From: Lama guanicoe | Taxonomy: Eukaryota | DNA length: 64,000 nucleotides | Assembly: GCA_013239625.1 (NCBI GenBank) | Contig: MU055415.1 | Coordinates: forward strand, 3,940,011 to 4,004,010 | Reading direction: 5' to 3' | Part shown: piece by piece, positions 10,801-23,634 of the stretch | Layout of the letters: every line of letters starts with the position of its first letter | Position numbering within the stretch: the first letter of the stretch is position 1 | The notes under the pieces: model-generated | What the model was told of the DNA's origin: nothing | The model's database searches: none | Seen by the model: the letters and a program-made list of their open reading frames with translations, nothing else | Made by a program: the position numbers and the translations under genes

Positions 10801-12069
10801 ATCCTGTCTTAGTAAGTCATGAGGTTTACAGAATCAAAGTTACTGATCGTGTAACTCAACCCCCTTATTTCAGATAAGACTATACCTAAGTTATCTTAAA
10901 TAGACAGTTGTCTGCCCTGTTATTAAAGACTTCACAGTCTTTGTCCTCTTCAGTTAGATAAGTATATTGAGCTATCATCTTGGCACCTATTATTCCTTTT
11001 AGATAGCTAGTAATTGCCATATCATTATAACCTAAACAATGGCACTTGTATTCATTTCTTCTCTTATAGAAACCAAAGATGTCTTTTATCCAAAAAAGAC
11101 CTAAATGCTTGGCACTTGTAGGTACATTTTCTTTTTAGAGTAAGTCAAAGATGTTGGCTGATTCACATTATCATTGTTCTAGAAAAGAAAAATGAAAGGC
11201 TCCTTACTATTCTTAAAATAAATACATTTCATTAAAAAGAGTTCGTGCGTACCAGCAAATTCTGTGAATGAAATTATTTTAAATCTGATGATAAGAAATC
11301 AACACTGCCTGGCTGCAACAGAATACCTCCATTTAAATAATTATTTTTTATTTTGACCCTTTGTAATTAATGCAGAAGTTAAGTGTCTTACTTTTGTGCC
11401 TGTTTGCCGCATTTCAACTTAAATTGCTTAATTTAGTCAATTTCTAGACTATTATTTTAAAAGGGCAGGTTTAAGAGAAACTGAACTGCAGTTTCTGGTA
11501 GCAATAAGATGCAAGAGTATAAAACACTCGAACTTGTGAACCTTCGCTGGTGCATCAGCACTGCTCTGTCACTGGTTTTTGTTTTAATTTTTATATTTTT
11601 CTTTTAAGCATACACCATGAAAAGTAGATGCATGATGCATTTAGAAAAGACTGGCATCAACATCCATCATCTGATAGACACAACTGTGGATGAGCTTGGC
11701 AGTGATATATATCCTATGAGTGATGTAACTGAGCTCGGTATTCTGACATTAGGCAACATTCACCTTGGAGAATTCTTTAAGAACCAACACACTTGGTTCT
11801 ACCCTCCTCCTCATCTAAACCAAAGACATTAGTTCAACATAAGCCAAAATCAAAAGGGCAATATAGTAATGCATTTTCTGGCAATATGGCCAAAAAGAGA
11901 GAATACTGTCCTGGGTGAGCCTCATATAACATATAGAGCATTGGGCGAGGACTTGGAGGGAGGGAAATAAATTAGTCCTATTCTTTGCTATTTAGCCTGA
12001 AGCCAGCCAGTCATTTGGCTTCTCTAGGCCTCAGTTTTCTCTTTGTCAAATAGAAGTAACATTTATGCT

Positions 12070-12515
12070 CCAGTAGAACCCCAGTGTCCTAAGGAGACAC
12101 TCCAAACCCTTTAACATTGTAACATGTCTACAAAGCTCATCATGATATGGCCTCTGCTTTTCTGTCTGCCATCACACCTTGCCCCTCTTCCATAGGCACT
12201 CTAAATCCAGCATTCTGAACTATTTTTGAATTCCTGAATGTCCTATGCTTTTCCTAGCTTCTAGGATTTTTCTTATCCTGTTTGGCTGACTAGTAAACTA
12301 CAGCCTAGTTGTAACCCTAAATAATTATACCCTAGACTTAGGTGGACATTATCATCGCTAGGAAACCTTTCCTGGCCCCTACAAGCCTAGGATGGTCTTC
12401 CATCATCTTTATTTCTCTGTATTTCTCATTAAAATGTGGATTCTCTGACATGAAGGACTATTCAATCTTTTTCATCATATTTTGAGGGCCTAAAAGACTG
12501 CCTAGAATATGGTTG
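12070..12515 (+). mobile_element. L2 fragment
   Basis: tccaaacccttta…catgatatggcctctgc…ggaaacctttcctggcccc…gcctagaatat typical of the L2 3' region. Confidence 0.55.
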
Positions 12516-12522
12516 TCTTTCA

Positions 12523-12702
12523 TACTCTATTCCATTGACTCCAGGTTGTCATCAACTGTAAGATGCACCATTATTTCATGTATTGCCAAGAAAAAAAAAG
12601 ATTATCAATGGAACTATAACATATCATCAATTGCAAGATGCATCTGTATTTCAAAGATGTTAAAATGTGAAAAAATTTTTTTTAAAATTAATGAAGTATG
12701 AC
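12523..12702. mobile_element. Non-autonomous DNA transposon (TcMar-Tigger-type MITE)
   Basis: Repeated tgtaagatgcac/tgcaagatgcat subterminal motif and atttcaaagatgttaaaatgtgaaaaaa; imperfect inverted ends catact…/…agtatg. Confidence 0.55.
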
Positions 12703-13344
12703 ACAGTTGAAAATGAATAATGAATGGGTTTATTTTTGAGGATTAAATGAGTTAATATAAATATTTTAAAGGTTACATTTGCTATCAAGTCACTTTTGTT
12801 TCTTTCAAATCATAATAGTTTGCATGGGGAAATAGATAATCCTAAAATATATCATCCATTTTGTTCTGTGCTGATCTTCAACAAGGAAGAGAAATAAATA
12901 GAGGGCAAATGAAAATGAAGGTTATAGAAGAGATTGATTAAAAGCCGTAATCAAACTGGAGCCACTTAGGTTGCAAAAGAGAAACCTTAAGAAGCCTCTG
13001 GCCTCTCAGCATGTATTTATATGTCTAAACAACAACAATAATGATAGCTAACTTTTGTTGAATTCTTTCTATGGACTAGGAACTGCGCTAATATGAGGAT
13101 CTAGTGAGATCATTACTATTACTAATTTTTAGAGCAAAAACACATCACCAGTAGGTGGCTGGGATTAGATTGGGTGGCTTACTCTGGAGCTCAAGCTCTT
13201 AACCAGTAAACAATACTTTCTGTGCATATGCACGAACATATAGAGTGCTGTACATTACACTGTAAGGGTGATGTATGTTTATAGTGACCTAGATATCAAG
13301 CTTATTTCCCCTATGAAAGGTAAATATAAAAAGTGAATTTAAGT

Positions 13345-13530
13345 GCAAAATCAGAAATTTAGCTTCGGCATAAGAAGAAATGTCCTGATGTTGAAGAGTC
13401 TCCAATCCTTGGCGAATGATAGAATCTTCCTGTGTCTATTTTTGCCTCATGGCAGCTTGAAGAGTAGCCTGATCCAGAGAGAGGGATGGACAGATTGTCC
13501 TCTCAGGTCCTTTCTCGGAGCCTTCTAAGT
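13345..13530 (+). mobile_element. CR1/L3 3' end
   Basis: agaaatttagcttcggcataagaagaaatgtcctga…gggatggacagattgtcctctcaggtcctttc resembles the L3 terminus. Confidence 0.55.
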
Positions 13531-13879
13531 CTTTGAGAGCTCATCGGTCGTGAGCAGCAGCATGACTCAGCGCCAGTGTCTGTCTAGCTGTGGTGACAGA
13601 GAGGACAGGTGTTTGTCCATGCTAAATGCAGCCCTGGAGTTCTCCCCTGTCACCTAGCAGGTGAAGCAGGCAGCAAAATGGACAGTAGCACCTGTTCTGA
13701 GGTCCAGCACTGCTGCCCACCCTGGAAGAGCACAAGGCACAGCTGTTAGCAGGACAGGGAGGGCGAGAGAGGGAAAGGACAGGATCGGAGAAATGGCTGA
13801 AATGAAGGAGGGGGAGAGTGGGCTGGACAAGGAGATAACAGGTCACAGACCACTGTAAAATTGTTGTTAATAAGGAATG

Positions 13880-14110
13880 TCCATTTATCGAGCAGCTTAC
13901 TCAAACACTGACATGCACTTTGCATGTGTCATCTTACTTAGTCCTCACTACAACCTTCTAAGATAATCCTATTATTAGCTTCCATTTTACGGATGAAGAA
14001 ACTGAGCTATAAGATGTTATGGAATTTGTCCAAGATCGTTAAGTAGTGGAGCCAGCATTCAGGGCCAGGTCTGGCTGATTCCAGAGCCCATCATCCTAAC
14101 CACTCAGATC
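13880..14110 (-). mobile_element. MIR SINE
   Basis: agtcctcactacaacc…ccattttacggatgaagaaactgag…gtccaagatc…ggtctggctgattccagagccc. Confidence 0.85.
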
Positions 14111-15449
14111 CTGTGCTTTTTAAACCTTTCTTAGATTGGATGAGCCAGTGATGGGAAGAAGGGATAGACCAACACAACAGCCATCTTCTCATCTCCATGT
14201 GCTTCACCTCTGTTGAGTGACTCTGGGGCTAGATATAAGACCTGCATTCTTGTTGGGGGTCCTCCAAGAACCAGATATCCAGATAGTCTACCTTCAGTCC
14301 AGTTTACAGAATTTTAGTTGAAAATGGTTTTGTTTTTTGTTTTTTCTTCAATATACCTTTAGAATGGTCTTTCTCTACCTGGTATCATTTAGTGGTATTT
14401 ATTACATTGAGTGATGAAGAGGTAAGGAGAATTCTCCCATCTAATAATATAGATCAACCATGATGATCATTGTAGAGAGAAATTTAATAGTCAGATAATT
14501 CACATATCTTATTTGCATATGTTTTATGTTTATGGGGTTACTAGAGAAACCATCTCACTTGAAATAATGCCTTGTAGTGTTCACTAATAATTTCATTATA
14601 GGTAGTCTTATTTCCCCAAATTATTAAATTGTTAATTAAATTATTAAGTCAACATAAATTCTGTCCCATTCAGTCAGGATACCCAGTACATAGTAAGCCC
14701 TAAATAAATAAACCCTGATTGAATGATTGACTTGGATGAATGACTCTGAGCTGCACAGGAACAAGACTGAATTAGAGGTCAGTAGGCCTGTATGTTAACT
14801 GGCTCTGTCCCAACCATCTGTGCCACCTTGGCTAGTCTCTTAATCTCTCTGGGCCTGAGTTCTTTATCTGCAACCAGATTCCTTTCAACTCTTAACATTC
14901 TTTGAATTCTGATCCTGATTTGCTGTAAGACTGCTGAGTCCTTACAGGGAAGGATTTGATCTCATTTGTCGTGCTCCTAGCACCTAGCACAGTGCCCAGC
15001 ATAAGCAAACTAATACAGTTTATATCAAATGAATATATACACAAGGCCTGGAATGTCTTTAACCATTAGTAAGAAGGATATAATGGAGAATCTACCGAAT
15101 TTCCAGATGGAAGCAAAGTAAGAGACTCTTGGGAGCTTTTCTTTTTACTGCCTTGTTTCTTTGAAGAAAAAGGAATCTGAGGCACTTTATTATAGCACTG
15201 GGGCTGGAGGCTTCCATCCCTTTCTTGCCCACTCTCCATTGCCACTAACATTGAAGTGAAACACACAGTAGCCAGCACAATACCAGAGTCCTCTTCAACC
15301 ACCAGCAACGATATGTCAAACTAAAATTTTCCAGCTGCTTTGTTCCGTGTGCCAAAAGATTACAGGCTTATGTTTGAGCGTGAAATGTTTATTTCTTGTA
15401 CTTTATTCATCTGAAAATTCTACTTATGTAGAGAATCGTCACCTCATTT

Positions 15450-15844
15450 CGTATGGACTGAATTGTGCTTCCCACATTCATATTTTAAAGTCCTAACCTC
15501 CAATGTGATTGTGGAGATGTGGAGATAAGGCTTTTAGGAGGTAATTAAGGTTAAATGAGATTATAATAGTGAGGTCTTAATCTGATAGGATTAGTGGTTT
15601 ATAAGGAGAGAAAATAGATCTGTTTTATCTCTGTCTCTCTGTCTGTCTCTCTCTCTGCCGTGGGAAGACACCACAAAAAAAGGTGGTCATCTGCAAGCCA
15701 GAAAGAGATCTCTTACCAGAATCAAACCCTGCCAGAACCTTGATCTTTGACTTCCGATTCTCCAGAATTGTAAGGAAATATGTCTATTGTTTAAGCCAGC
15801 CAGTCTCTAGTATTTTGTTACGGCAGCCTGAGCAGGCTAATATA
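15450..15844 (+). mobile_element. MaLR solo LTR (MLT1A-like)
   Basis: atggactgaattgtg…ggaggtaattaaggttaaatgag…ctgcaagccag…accttgatctttgacttcc…ttgtttaagccagccagtct…tttgttacggcagcctgagcaggctaata. Confidence 0.85.
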
Positions 15845-17634
15845 CCATGATGCCACCATGGCCTTACACGGTGATGTTCAATGAGGAGTGATTTTCTCGT
15901 GCCCAGGGTCAAAGTATCATTGCTAGGGAGAAATGTGTAATCAGTTGAGTGCTCTTTTTCAACCCAAAGCATGTAAGCTCTGTTAAACACACAGCCTGTG
16001 CAGTGTCAACATCTGCCAGGAAGGGTTATTAAAATTAGTAATATACTAAGTAAAAGGGGAAGATGTAGAAGGTAAAGGGAAGGAATGAACTGCTCTTGGA
16101 AGGTCAGTGTGCTTGTCTTCATGTTCTGTGATCTAACCAAGAAAGCAAGGGAAGTGAATGCTAACTGTTCAGCAGGCAAATTTGATAAGTTTTATTTTAT
16201 TTTCATATTTTATCAAATACTATTCTTCCCTTCCACACTTATTTGTTGCTATAGGTTACTCTGATTTATAAACAGAATTGGTTTGCTTTCCATACCATCT
16301 ACTCCACAGTTCCTCAGTGCTGACTTTGGGAGCAATTTTCTCCCATGAAGAGGGCTTCTGACTTTTCAGGAGAGTTTACAGCAAGATATGATGAAATGAG
16401 CACTGTCCAAGGTAGGACGTCAGCGTCCATGGGATTCATGCCCATAGCAATATCGAACTGTGTCATTTGACATGAGAAATTTTGGTGATTTGTTACCACA
16501 GGAACAGTAGAAACTGACTTGTGCTGTGGGAGAGGAAAAGCGTGTTGGAGATGGGGAGTTGCAGGGAGTGGTACTTGGGAAGGTAGACGAGAATAAGAAA
16601 GATATTTTTATTTCTCCTTCTCTGAACACCATTTTGGTCTAGGACTTATTTTCCTTTTACTGTTTTCTAAGCATCTTGGATAGAATCTTTGTCATCTTTA
16701 TTGACCCCTTTCCTACATACATTTTTGAATCCTCTTGTTGATACATCCAAGAACAGCAGGATGGCAGTGAAAGACAACAGACTCAAGTTCGAATCTGACT
16801 CAACATCTTACTGGTTGGGTGACCCTGAGCAAAGAAATGCATCTTTTTAATCATTAGTGTTTTCATATATTAAAAATGGTGATAACCATCCTTGCATAGT
16901 TTTTTGATTCAGTTAAAAACTTCAGGTAAAGTATCTGGTCCATCGTAAAACACTTAATCCATACTTCTTTCCTTCCCTCCTCTCCCTTCCTTGTCTCCCG
17001 CCTCCCTACCTCTCTGTCTGTGTCTCTCCTTTCCTTCCTCCCATTCATTTTAACTCTGCATAGTTCCAGAAAGGATGCAAAACAGCATTTGATAACTCCT
17101 TCGTTAATGATTCTTTTTACTGTACTACTCCCTTGAATTTCAGAATAAACTTGCCTTCCCATCCTGGTTTTACAGAGTGAGGAAATGTGTAATTATATCT
17201 CTGCTGCTAGTTAGAGAGGGAAAATAATTACTGCGGAGCACATCTTAAATGGAAATTGTCAGTACACGGACTATGAGGGAATTCTAGGTTTTTATTTCCT
17301 TTTTAATAAGTAAATCCTAGATCATCCTTATAACAAGTGCCCCTACCTCCTTCTTTCCCACACCCCACCTCTCTCAAAACACACCATTCACTTTTTAAAG
17401 ATAGTGACTCTCTGCAGAATGTGAGTCAAGCCACATTGTTTCTCATTTGAAGTGAAGTGGTATGTGAGGAATGACTTAAGATGCTCATCTCCCAGCTGGT
17501 GACTGCATCATATCACCATTATAGCTTTATTTCAGGTCTTGGGGAAAAAAAAAAAGAGAGGGGAAGGGCTCCATGCATTGTTACATTGAACTTCGTAACC
17601 TGAAAGAACCTTCCTTTCATAAATGATAATAGTA

Positions 17635-17875
17635 ACATTAATAACCACTTACTGACTCCTTACTATGGGCAAGTCACTATTCTAAGATTTTCCATTTTCT
17701 AACCCAGCTAATCCTGACAGCGATCCTATGGACTGAGTACTATTATATCTACATTTTTACTGCTGAGGCACAGAAAAGTCAATTCATGTCTCCAGAGACC
17801 CACAATTAGCATGTTCAGGAACCAGGATTTGAGCCTAGGCACCCTGAATCTGAGCCTGCATTCTTAACCGCAGTG
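17635..17875 (-). mobile_element. MIR SINE
   Basis: taatcctgacagcgatcctatg…ctgaggcacagaaaag…ggatttgagcctaggc. Confidence 0.75.
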
Positions 17876-19589
17876 CTGCATTGTTTCCCATGTCATTCTG
17901 ATGAGCAAACTGAATCCCCAGGAAGTATGAGGTCTGGGAAGTTTCTCACCCAGTGTTAGTTTTTGGCAGCCCAAGTTTTGAGATTTGAGCTCAGATCTTC
18001 GAATACCCATCCATCCTTTGCTCTGGCAGGAGACTGAGTGGCTCCACATACCACTGAGGTGGATGCCCCTATATTTATTTCCCATGATGAAATCTCAAGA
18101 CGTTTCAAGTACTACTCTTAAGATCTGAGATAAACAGAAGCTGATAGTTTTCTTTCATTTCACCAAAAGTACTACTGGTGGTTGTATTCATAATACTGGA
18201 TGATGGTATTAATAACCTATGATGATATTTTCAGTAAGTAACTGGTCCATTTTCATTTTGACTTCTGAGTGTTGCTTCCATTAAAAACAAAAAACAAAAA
18301 ACATCCAACAGGATGGCGTCTGGAAAACAATTCCACACCAGTAGTTGGATTAATTGCTACTTTGGATGTTCCTGCTGTGAATTGAATAGAGCCACTTTGG
18401 GTCTATTTCTTAGAAATAACCATCTTTATTACCCCTGCTCTAGGATGCACAGTTTTGAGATTTTTAGAGGAAAATATCTTCAGTAATCTCTTTCTATTTT
18501 CCATTTTCATTCCATAAGTAATCCTTTTCATTGTTATCACCATTTTTAATGTTCCCAGATTTAATTTATGGTGGGTATGAGATGTTATAGGATGCTTTTG
18601 CCTCTTGCTTTCTCAGCATATAACATTCTGTTAACTCCCCAAGTGTAACATTTTGAATATCATGTTTAATTCAAATATGATCCATTATTTTATTAAGGTT
18701 GTTTTTTCCCCTTGCATATCTCTAGAATTTGCAAGAGCTTTATGGAAATGGTGTATGTGATACACAAGTAAGAATTTCTTTTAGTATCCATTATTTCTCC
18801 AGTATTTTGAGAAAAACAGGCCAAAATGTAGCATAATGAAATGATGCTTGTTGTCAATTATGAATTATACTAAATTTCTTTTAGAAAACAAATTTAAATA
18901 CATTTCAGATTAATTTATGCTTTTTCTCTCCTGGTTTCCTCAATTCACCTATCTGGTTGTCCTGAACAGTTTCAAAGTCATATTTTTTTCATGTTTCTAG
19001 GTTGACCCCAGGCTGGCCCCAGAAAAACAGAACTCAAGTAAATGAGTTATCTGTGGCCTTTGAAGTCAATTAACAATTCAACAATATTCATTTGTTCTGT
19101 GGCACTGAACAAAGACTTCCTTGCACAATACTACTAACAGTGCTATGCTGGGATTTATGAAGGCTGCTGAAATAATCAAGCCATGATCCCTATGCTTGGG
19201 AAGTTAGGTATAGGTTAGGAAAAAATGAAACATATACAATTAAAGTCTTAGATGAACTTTAACAGTATAAATAACACATTTATTTCTTTGGCCTTGCTAA
19301 ACCCTCTGTTTCTTTGTTCTTGTTTTTGTTTTGTTTGTTTGTTGGTTGGTTTTTTTTTGTTTTTTTCTGAATCTTAGCGTTCTAGAGCTGTGGGATCATG
19401 ACTGATTGCAAAACACCTGGCATTTCCTTCATTCACAGAGCTCCACTCTCCAAGATTAGACTAAAATGCACTCGGTCTGACTGGGCTCTTTGCACTTTTG
19501 GGCGTGCACAGTGTCTTTCTAGAAAAAAAAAGGCTTAAATTCGTCTTGTTTTTCATACTTCTATTCAGGTATATTGAGATAGAAGAGTG

Positions 19590-19810
19590 GAGAACTTAAG
19601 AGCCTGATTTCTGGATCCAGATTCTCTAGGTTAAAATCCCAGCATCACTACTAGTTGTGGGACTTTGAGCAAGTTACTTAAGCTTTCCATGCTTCAGTTT
19701 CCTCATCTGTACCAGTGAAAATAATAGGACCTCTCTCATAGGGTTGTTATGAGGACTGAATGAGGAAATATTGTGTGATGTGATAGCCATTATCTAAGTG
19801 CTTTTAAATA
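19590..19810 (+). mobile_element. MIR SINE
   Basis: gggactttgagcaagttacttaagc…cagtttcctcatctgt…cataggggttgttatgaggactgaatgag-type core. Confidence 0.85.
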
Positions 19811-20743
19811 CGTATAATGCTCCAGGTCATTAAAAAAAAAAAAAGAGAGAGAGATACTAGGGTGAGGGCAGTTCTGTGGAACCTCTCAAATGAATAGGCA
19901 GTTCTTCCATCCTACATTCTGACTCTGTTTTTGATGTGCAGTACAACCACTTTGAGTGCTTCATAATCATGTGCTCCACGGCATCAGCGTGAATGGGCAA
20001 GTAAACCTCTGTCCCAGTACAATAACCCTGAGCGCTCCTGAGCCCTGCTTTTGGAAGGTGACTCTTTTTCTTCAGCCCTGATGTAAGCAGTTGATCTCAC
20101 CAGAGATACTAGGATTACTGCCATTTGGTTGTTGAGTCAGTAATTTGAAAAGCCTCTCTACCCAAGAGTGTCTGCCTTGATATCCACCCAAGAGAACATC
20201 CTCTGAGGAGGTAGGGCAAGGGCCTCTAATTAGTATAATGAACGTCTGTCTTTCCAAAACACCAGCTCTGCTTTTGGAAAGGAATCAATATCCGTCATCA
20301 CTATTTGTTGCTCAGTGATATAGATACTTCCATGTGTTTCTGTGCTCTTAGGGACTGTTCAACGGATGTGAGGATGCTCAAATACCAGAAACAGCTTACT
20401 TTTCATTTCTAATTAACATTTTATGTTCTAGAATGTGCATTGCCTCTTTTTTCATATCATACCTATTTCTAATTTATCCAGTTTTATTACTAATTGATCA
20501 AGAGCATGTCTTTCTGAAATAGAACTATTTTCTTTAAAGAAACTGAACATTAACTTAAAGTACTTGGCAGAAACAAAAATCTTAACAACTCAAATTTATT
20601 CATTTGATATGTGCCTTACAATATGGCAGGAAGCTAGGTGTGTAATGGTGACCATGACCTATTCAGTACTCAAGGAATGCATTGCATAATGGATGAGGAA
20701 GACAATCAAACCTGAATATAGTCTATTTTTGATAATCTGTCTA

Positions 20744-20896
20744 TTTGTGACAAAATACACATACCATAAAATTTACCATTTTACCCACTTTTAAGTTTAC
20801 AGTTCATACCATTAAGTACATGTACGATGTTATACAACTATCACATTACTCATCTCCAGAAGTTTTCATTATCCCAAACAGAAACTTTCTACCCAT
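20744..20896 (-). mobile_element. L1 3' end fragment (L1MB-like)
   Basis: aaaatacacataccataaaatttaccatttta…ttttaagtttacagttc…attaagtacat…tctccagaagttttcattatcccaaacagaaac. Confidence 0.8.
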
Positions 20897-22149
20897 CTGA
20901 ATAATCTAAATGTAAGAACTTTCAGACTTTCCCCATTTGACCTTCCTGAAAAACCTGCTGATTAATTTATAATCATTCCATTTACCTGTTAAGGCTATTC
21001 TAAGAATGTTTCAGAAATACTTATAAATATCTGAACTTCCATTGTTTCTTTGATAAGATATTACAACATTTAAAGTAATGATGTTAAACATTTTGTTGCA
21101 AAGAATGTAATTTAATTTTAGCTGAGTACCTTTAGCTTTACTAAGATTAGTAATTAAATATTTAGTAAATTAGTAAATTAGCTATGCCACGTGATCCTTG
21201 GAAAATGGGTGCTCTATTTACTGCAGCATAAATGTTTTACAAGGTATTGTAATGTAACTAGTAAATTAATAATGACAATTTAGGTTTCAGCTAATTAAAC
21301 TCTTCCTTAGCATTTATTAATTGGAGGGTCTGAAGTAAAACAACTATGACAGTGATGATAACTGTTGCAATGGTTTAGCTGCACCAGCCAAGGATAAAAC
21401 TGGGAAAAGAGAATACGTGTGACTAGTTATAAAGTCAGTTTCCTACTGTCTTTATGAATTTTGATTGGCAAATCTAAACCAGGATTAGTCATTGAGAGAA
21501 TTTGTCATCAACTTCATGCCCATCTTCAGTCAAAACATTTTTAATGAGAATTGACACAATTGTGATGGCAAACAATTAAATAAATTTTAAAGTGTTTACT
21601 AACATGAATGTGCCCAGAACTGAACTATGTTATTGAAACAGCATAATCAAACACAAAGAACCCAGTTCACAGTCATAGATTATGTATAAAAGCCATTATA
21701 CTAATACTGAATAACAGTAATGGTAGAAATAGTAATAATATGAGTAATATATAACAAAACCTTTTTGCAGATGAGGAAATTGAGGCCCAGATATGTTTGG
21801 CCTCTCATATCCCTTATTTGGCTCCATAAATTAGCTTAATCACAACCTAGATCTTTATTTCATGTAATACTACGTGTAAGGGAGATGTGAAAACATGTCC
21901 AGGAGGACATGGCTGTGTATAGTCACTCGATCTTTAGATGATTTGGAAAAACACTGTGATTTGGCTGAGAAAGCAATAGCTTTAGCATCTGAAAGACCTG
22001 CTTTTGAGTCAGCTGTGCCTTTTACCACTCGCTGGCAAACTTATTTAACTTCCAAGGCTCAGGTTTTTCGTCTGTAAAATAGGGATAAAAGTGGTAACTC
22101 TCTAGCATAGCAGTACTGTAGAGAGTAGATGTTCAAAAGTCTCTCTCTT

Positions 22150-22830
22150 CACTTAAGTATTAATTGGAATTCTTAATATGTGCCTAATATATTCTCAGTT
22201 AGGGATATAAGAATAAAATAATCATGATCTACCCAAGTATCCTCCTCAACTTCTCTGAAGACTCAGGCAAGTGAGGGAGAGGGTTGTGGAAAGAGACTAC
22301 CACATAGCATGACAATTCAGATTTATTCATCCGATTGTGCAATAATAGAAATACTGTAGACTCAACTAGTTTGGGAGGCATAAAGGGGGGAGTGGAGAGG
22401 AATGAGGGGAATCCAAAGAGGCCTCAGAGAGAGGATGATGCTTGGGAAGAGTGGAACAGGGTGAGAGAGTTTGCCAAGCAGATGGGGTGAGGGACATCAC
22501 TGTGAGCAGAGAGAGCAGCTTGAGCAAAGCACAGATTCCTCAAAGAGCAAGGCCTTTTCATGGAACAGCGTGTGGCTCATTGTGGCCTCAGCATAGAGTG
22601 CACACGAGGGAGGGGGAAGAAGTGACTTTGGAAAGGTCGGAGGGGGCCAGATGGTGAAAGCTTGGCTTGTAATCTAAGAAGTTTGAATTGTGTTTAATGA
22701 GGAATGGAGCACCAGTGTCATTGAAGGGTTTTAAGAAATGAGGACTGGAGAGAGAGAAAGAGAGAGAAGGGAGGGAATCAGATTCAGATTTTAGGAAGAC
22801 TGATTTGGTGGCAGCATGGAGAATATAGCA
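22150..22830 (-). mobile_element. L2 fragment
   Basis: gagcagcttgagcaaagcacaga…ttgaagggttttaag…cagattttaggaagactgatttggtggcagcatggagaa. Confidence 0.6.
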
Positions 22831-22867
22831 GAGATGAGCACAGGTAGATGCTTCAGAAGACTTTGAC

Positions 22868-23010
22868 TTTCTTAAACTTCACAGGGCATCACAGTCATTT
22901 AGAGGTCTTGTTAAAACACATCACTGAGCTCTATTCTCAGAATTTTGGATTCAGTAGATCCGGAAAGAGGAACAGGAATTTGCATTTTTAACCAAGTCTC
23001 CAGGATCACA
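22868..23010. mobile_element. MER5A-like hAT DNA transposon relic
   Basis: cttgttaaaacaca…gattcagtagatc…ggaatttgcatttttaaccaagtctccagg. Confidence 0.7.
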
Positions 23011-23325
23011 CCCACAATAATGATGAGGGGCTAACCAGGACCCGTACTGAGGCAGTGAAATCGAGGTTGTGAATGAAATGGTAAGGGCCTCATTGATTAG
23101 ACGCACCCTAATGATACATTGTGCCTGCTGAGATTTTGCTTGGCTAGTATTTCTCTGCCGGAGGCATTTGGTAACGCTGGAGGATATTAGGTGAAATAAA
23201 ACGTACTCACCGTTGTCCGCCGGGGTCTGAGTGGTTCAAAGTGAGCTGAGGCCCTCAGTGAACGTTAATGCCAGAAACCGCCTTGGGAATTTCTTAACTC
23301 AAACTCTTTTCTTACGGTTGTTGTT

Positions 23326-23634
23326 GTTTTAATTGAAGTATAGTCGGTTACAATGTGTCAATTTCTGCTGTACCACTAAGCAATAAAAAAAGAAGAAAAT
23401 AATGCCATTTGCAGCAACATGGATGGACCTGGAGATCGTCATTCTAAGTGAAGTACGCCAGAAAGAGAAAGAAAAATACCATATGAGATCACTGATATGT
23501 GGAATCTTAAAAAAAAAAAGAGAGAACACTAATGAACTCATCTACAAAACATAAACAGATTTGCAGACATAGTGAACAATCGTACAGTTACTGGAGGAAA
23601 AGGGGTAGGAAGGAGTAAATTTGGGAGTTTGAGA
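23326..23634 (-). mobile_element. Short young L1 with 5' inversion (twin priming)
   Basis: Antisense L1 3' tip (ttttaattgaagtatagtcggttacaatgtg…gtac) is joined to sense-orientation ORF2-end/3'UTR (aatgccatttgcagcaacatggatggacctggag…); candidate TSD at 23311-23325 and 23635-23649. Confidence 0.8.

Noticed and set aside
19001-19037. Possible 37-nt micro-exon after ttttcatgtttctag
   Set aside because: Weak donor (CAA|GTAAAT), frameshifting, and no match to DLG2 peptides I recall
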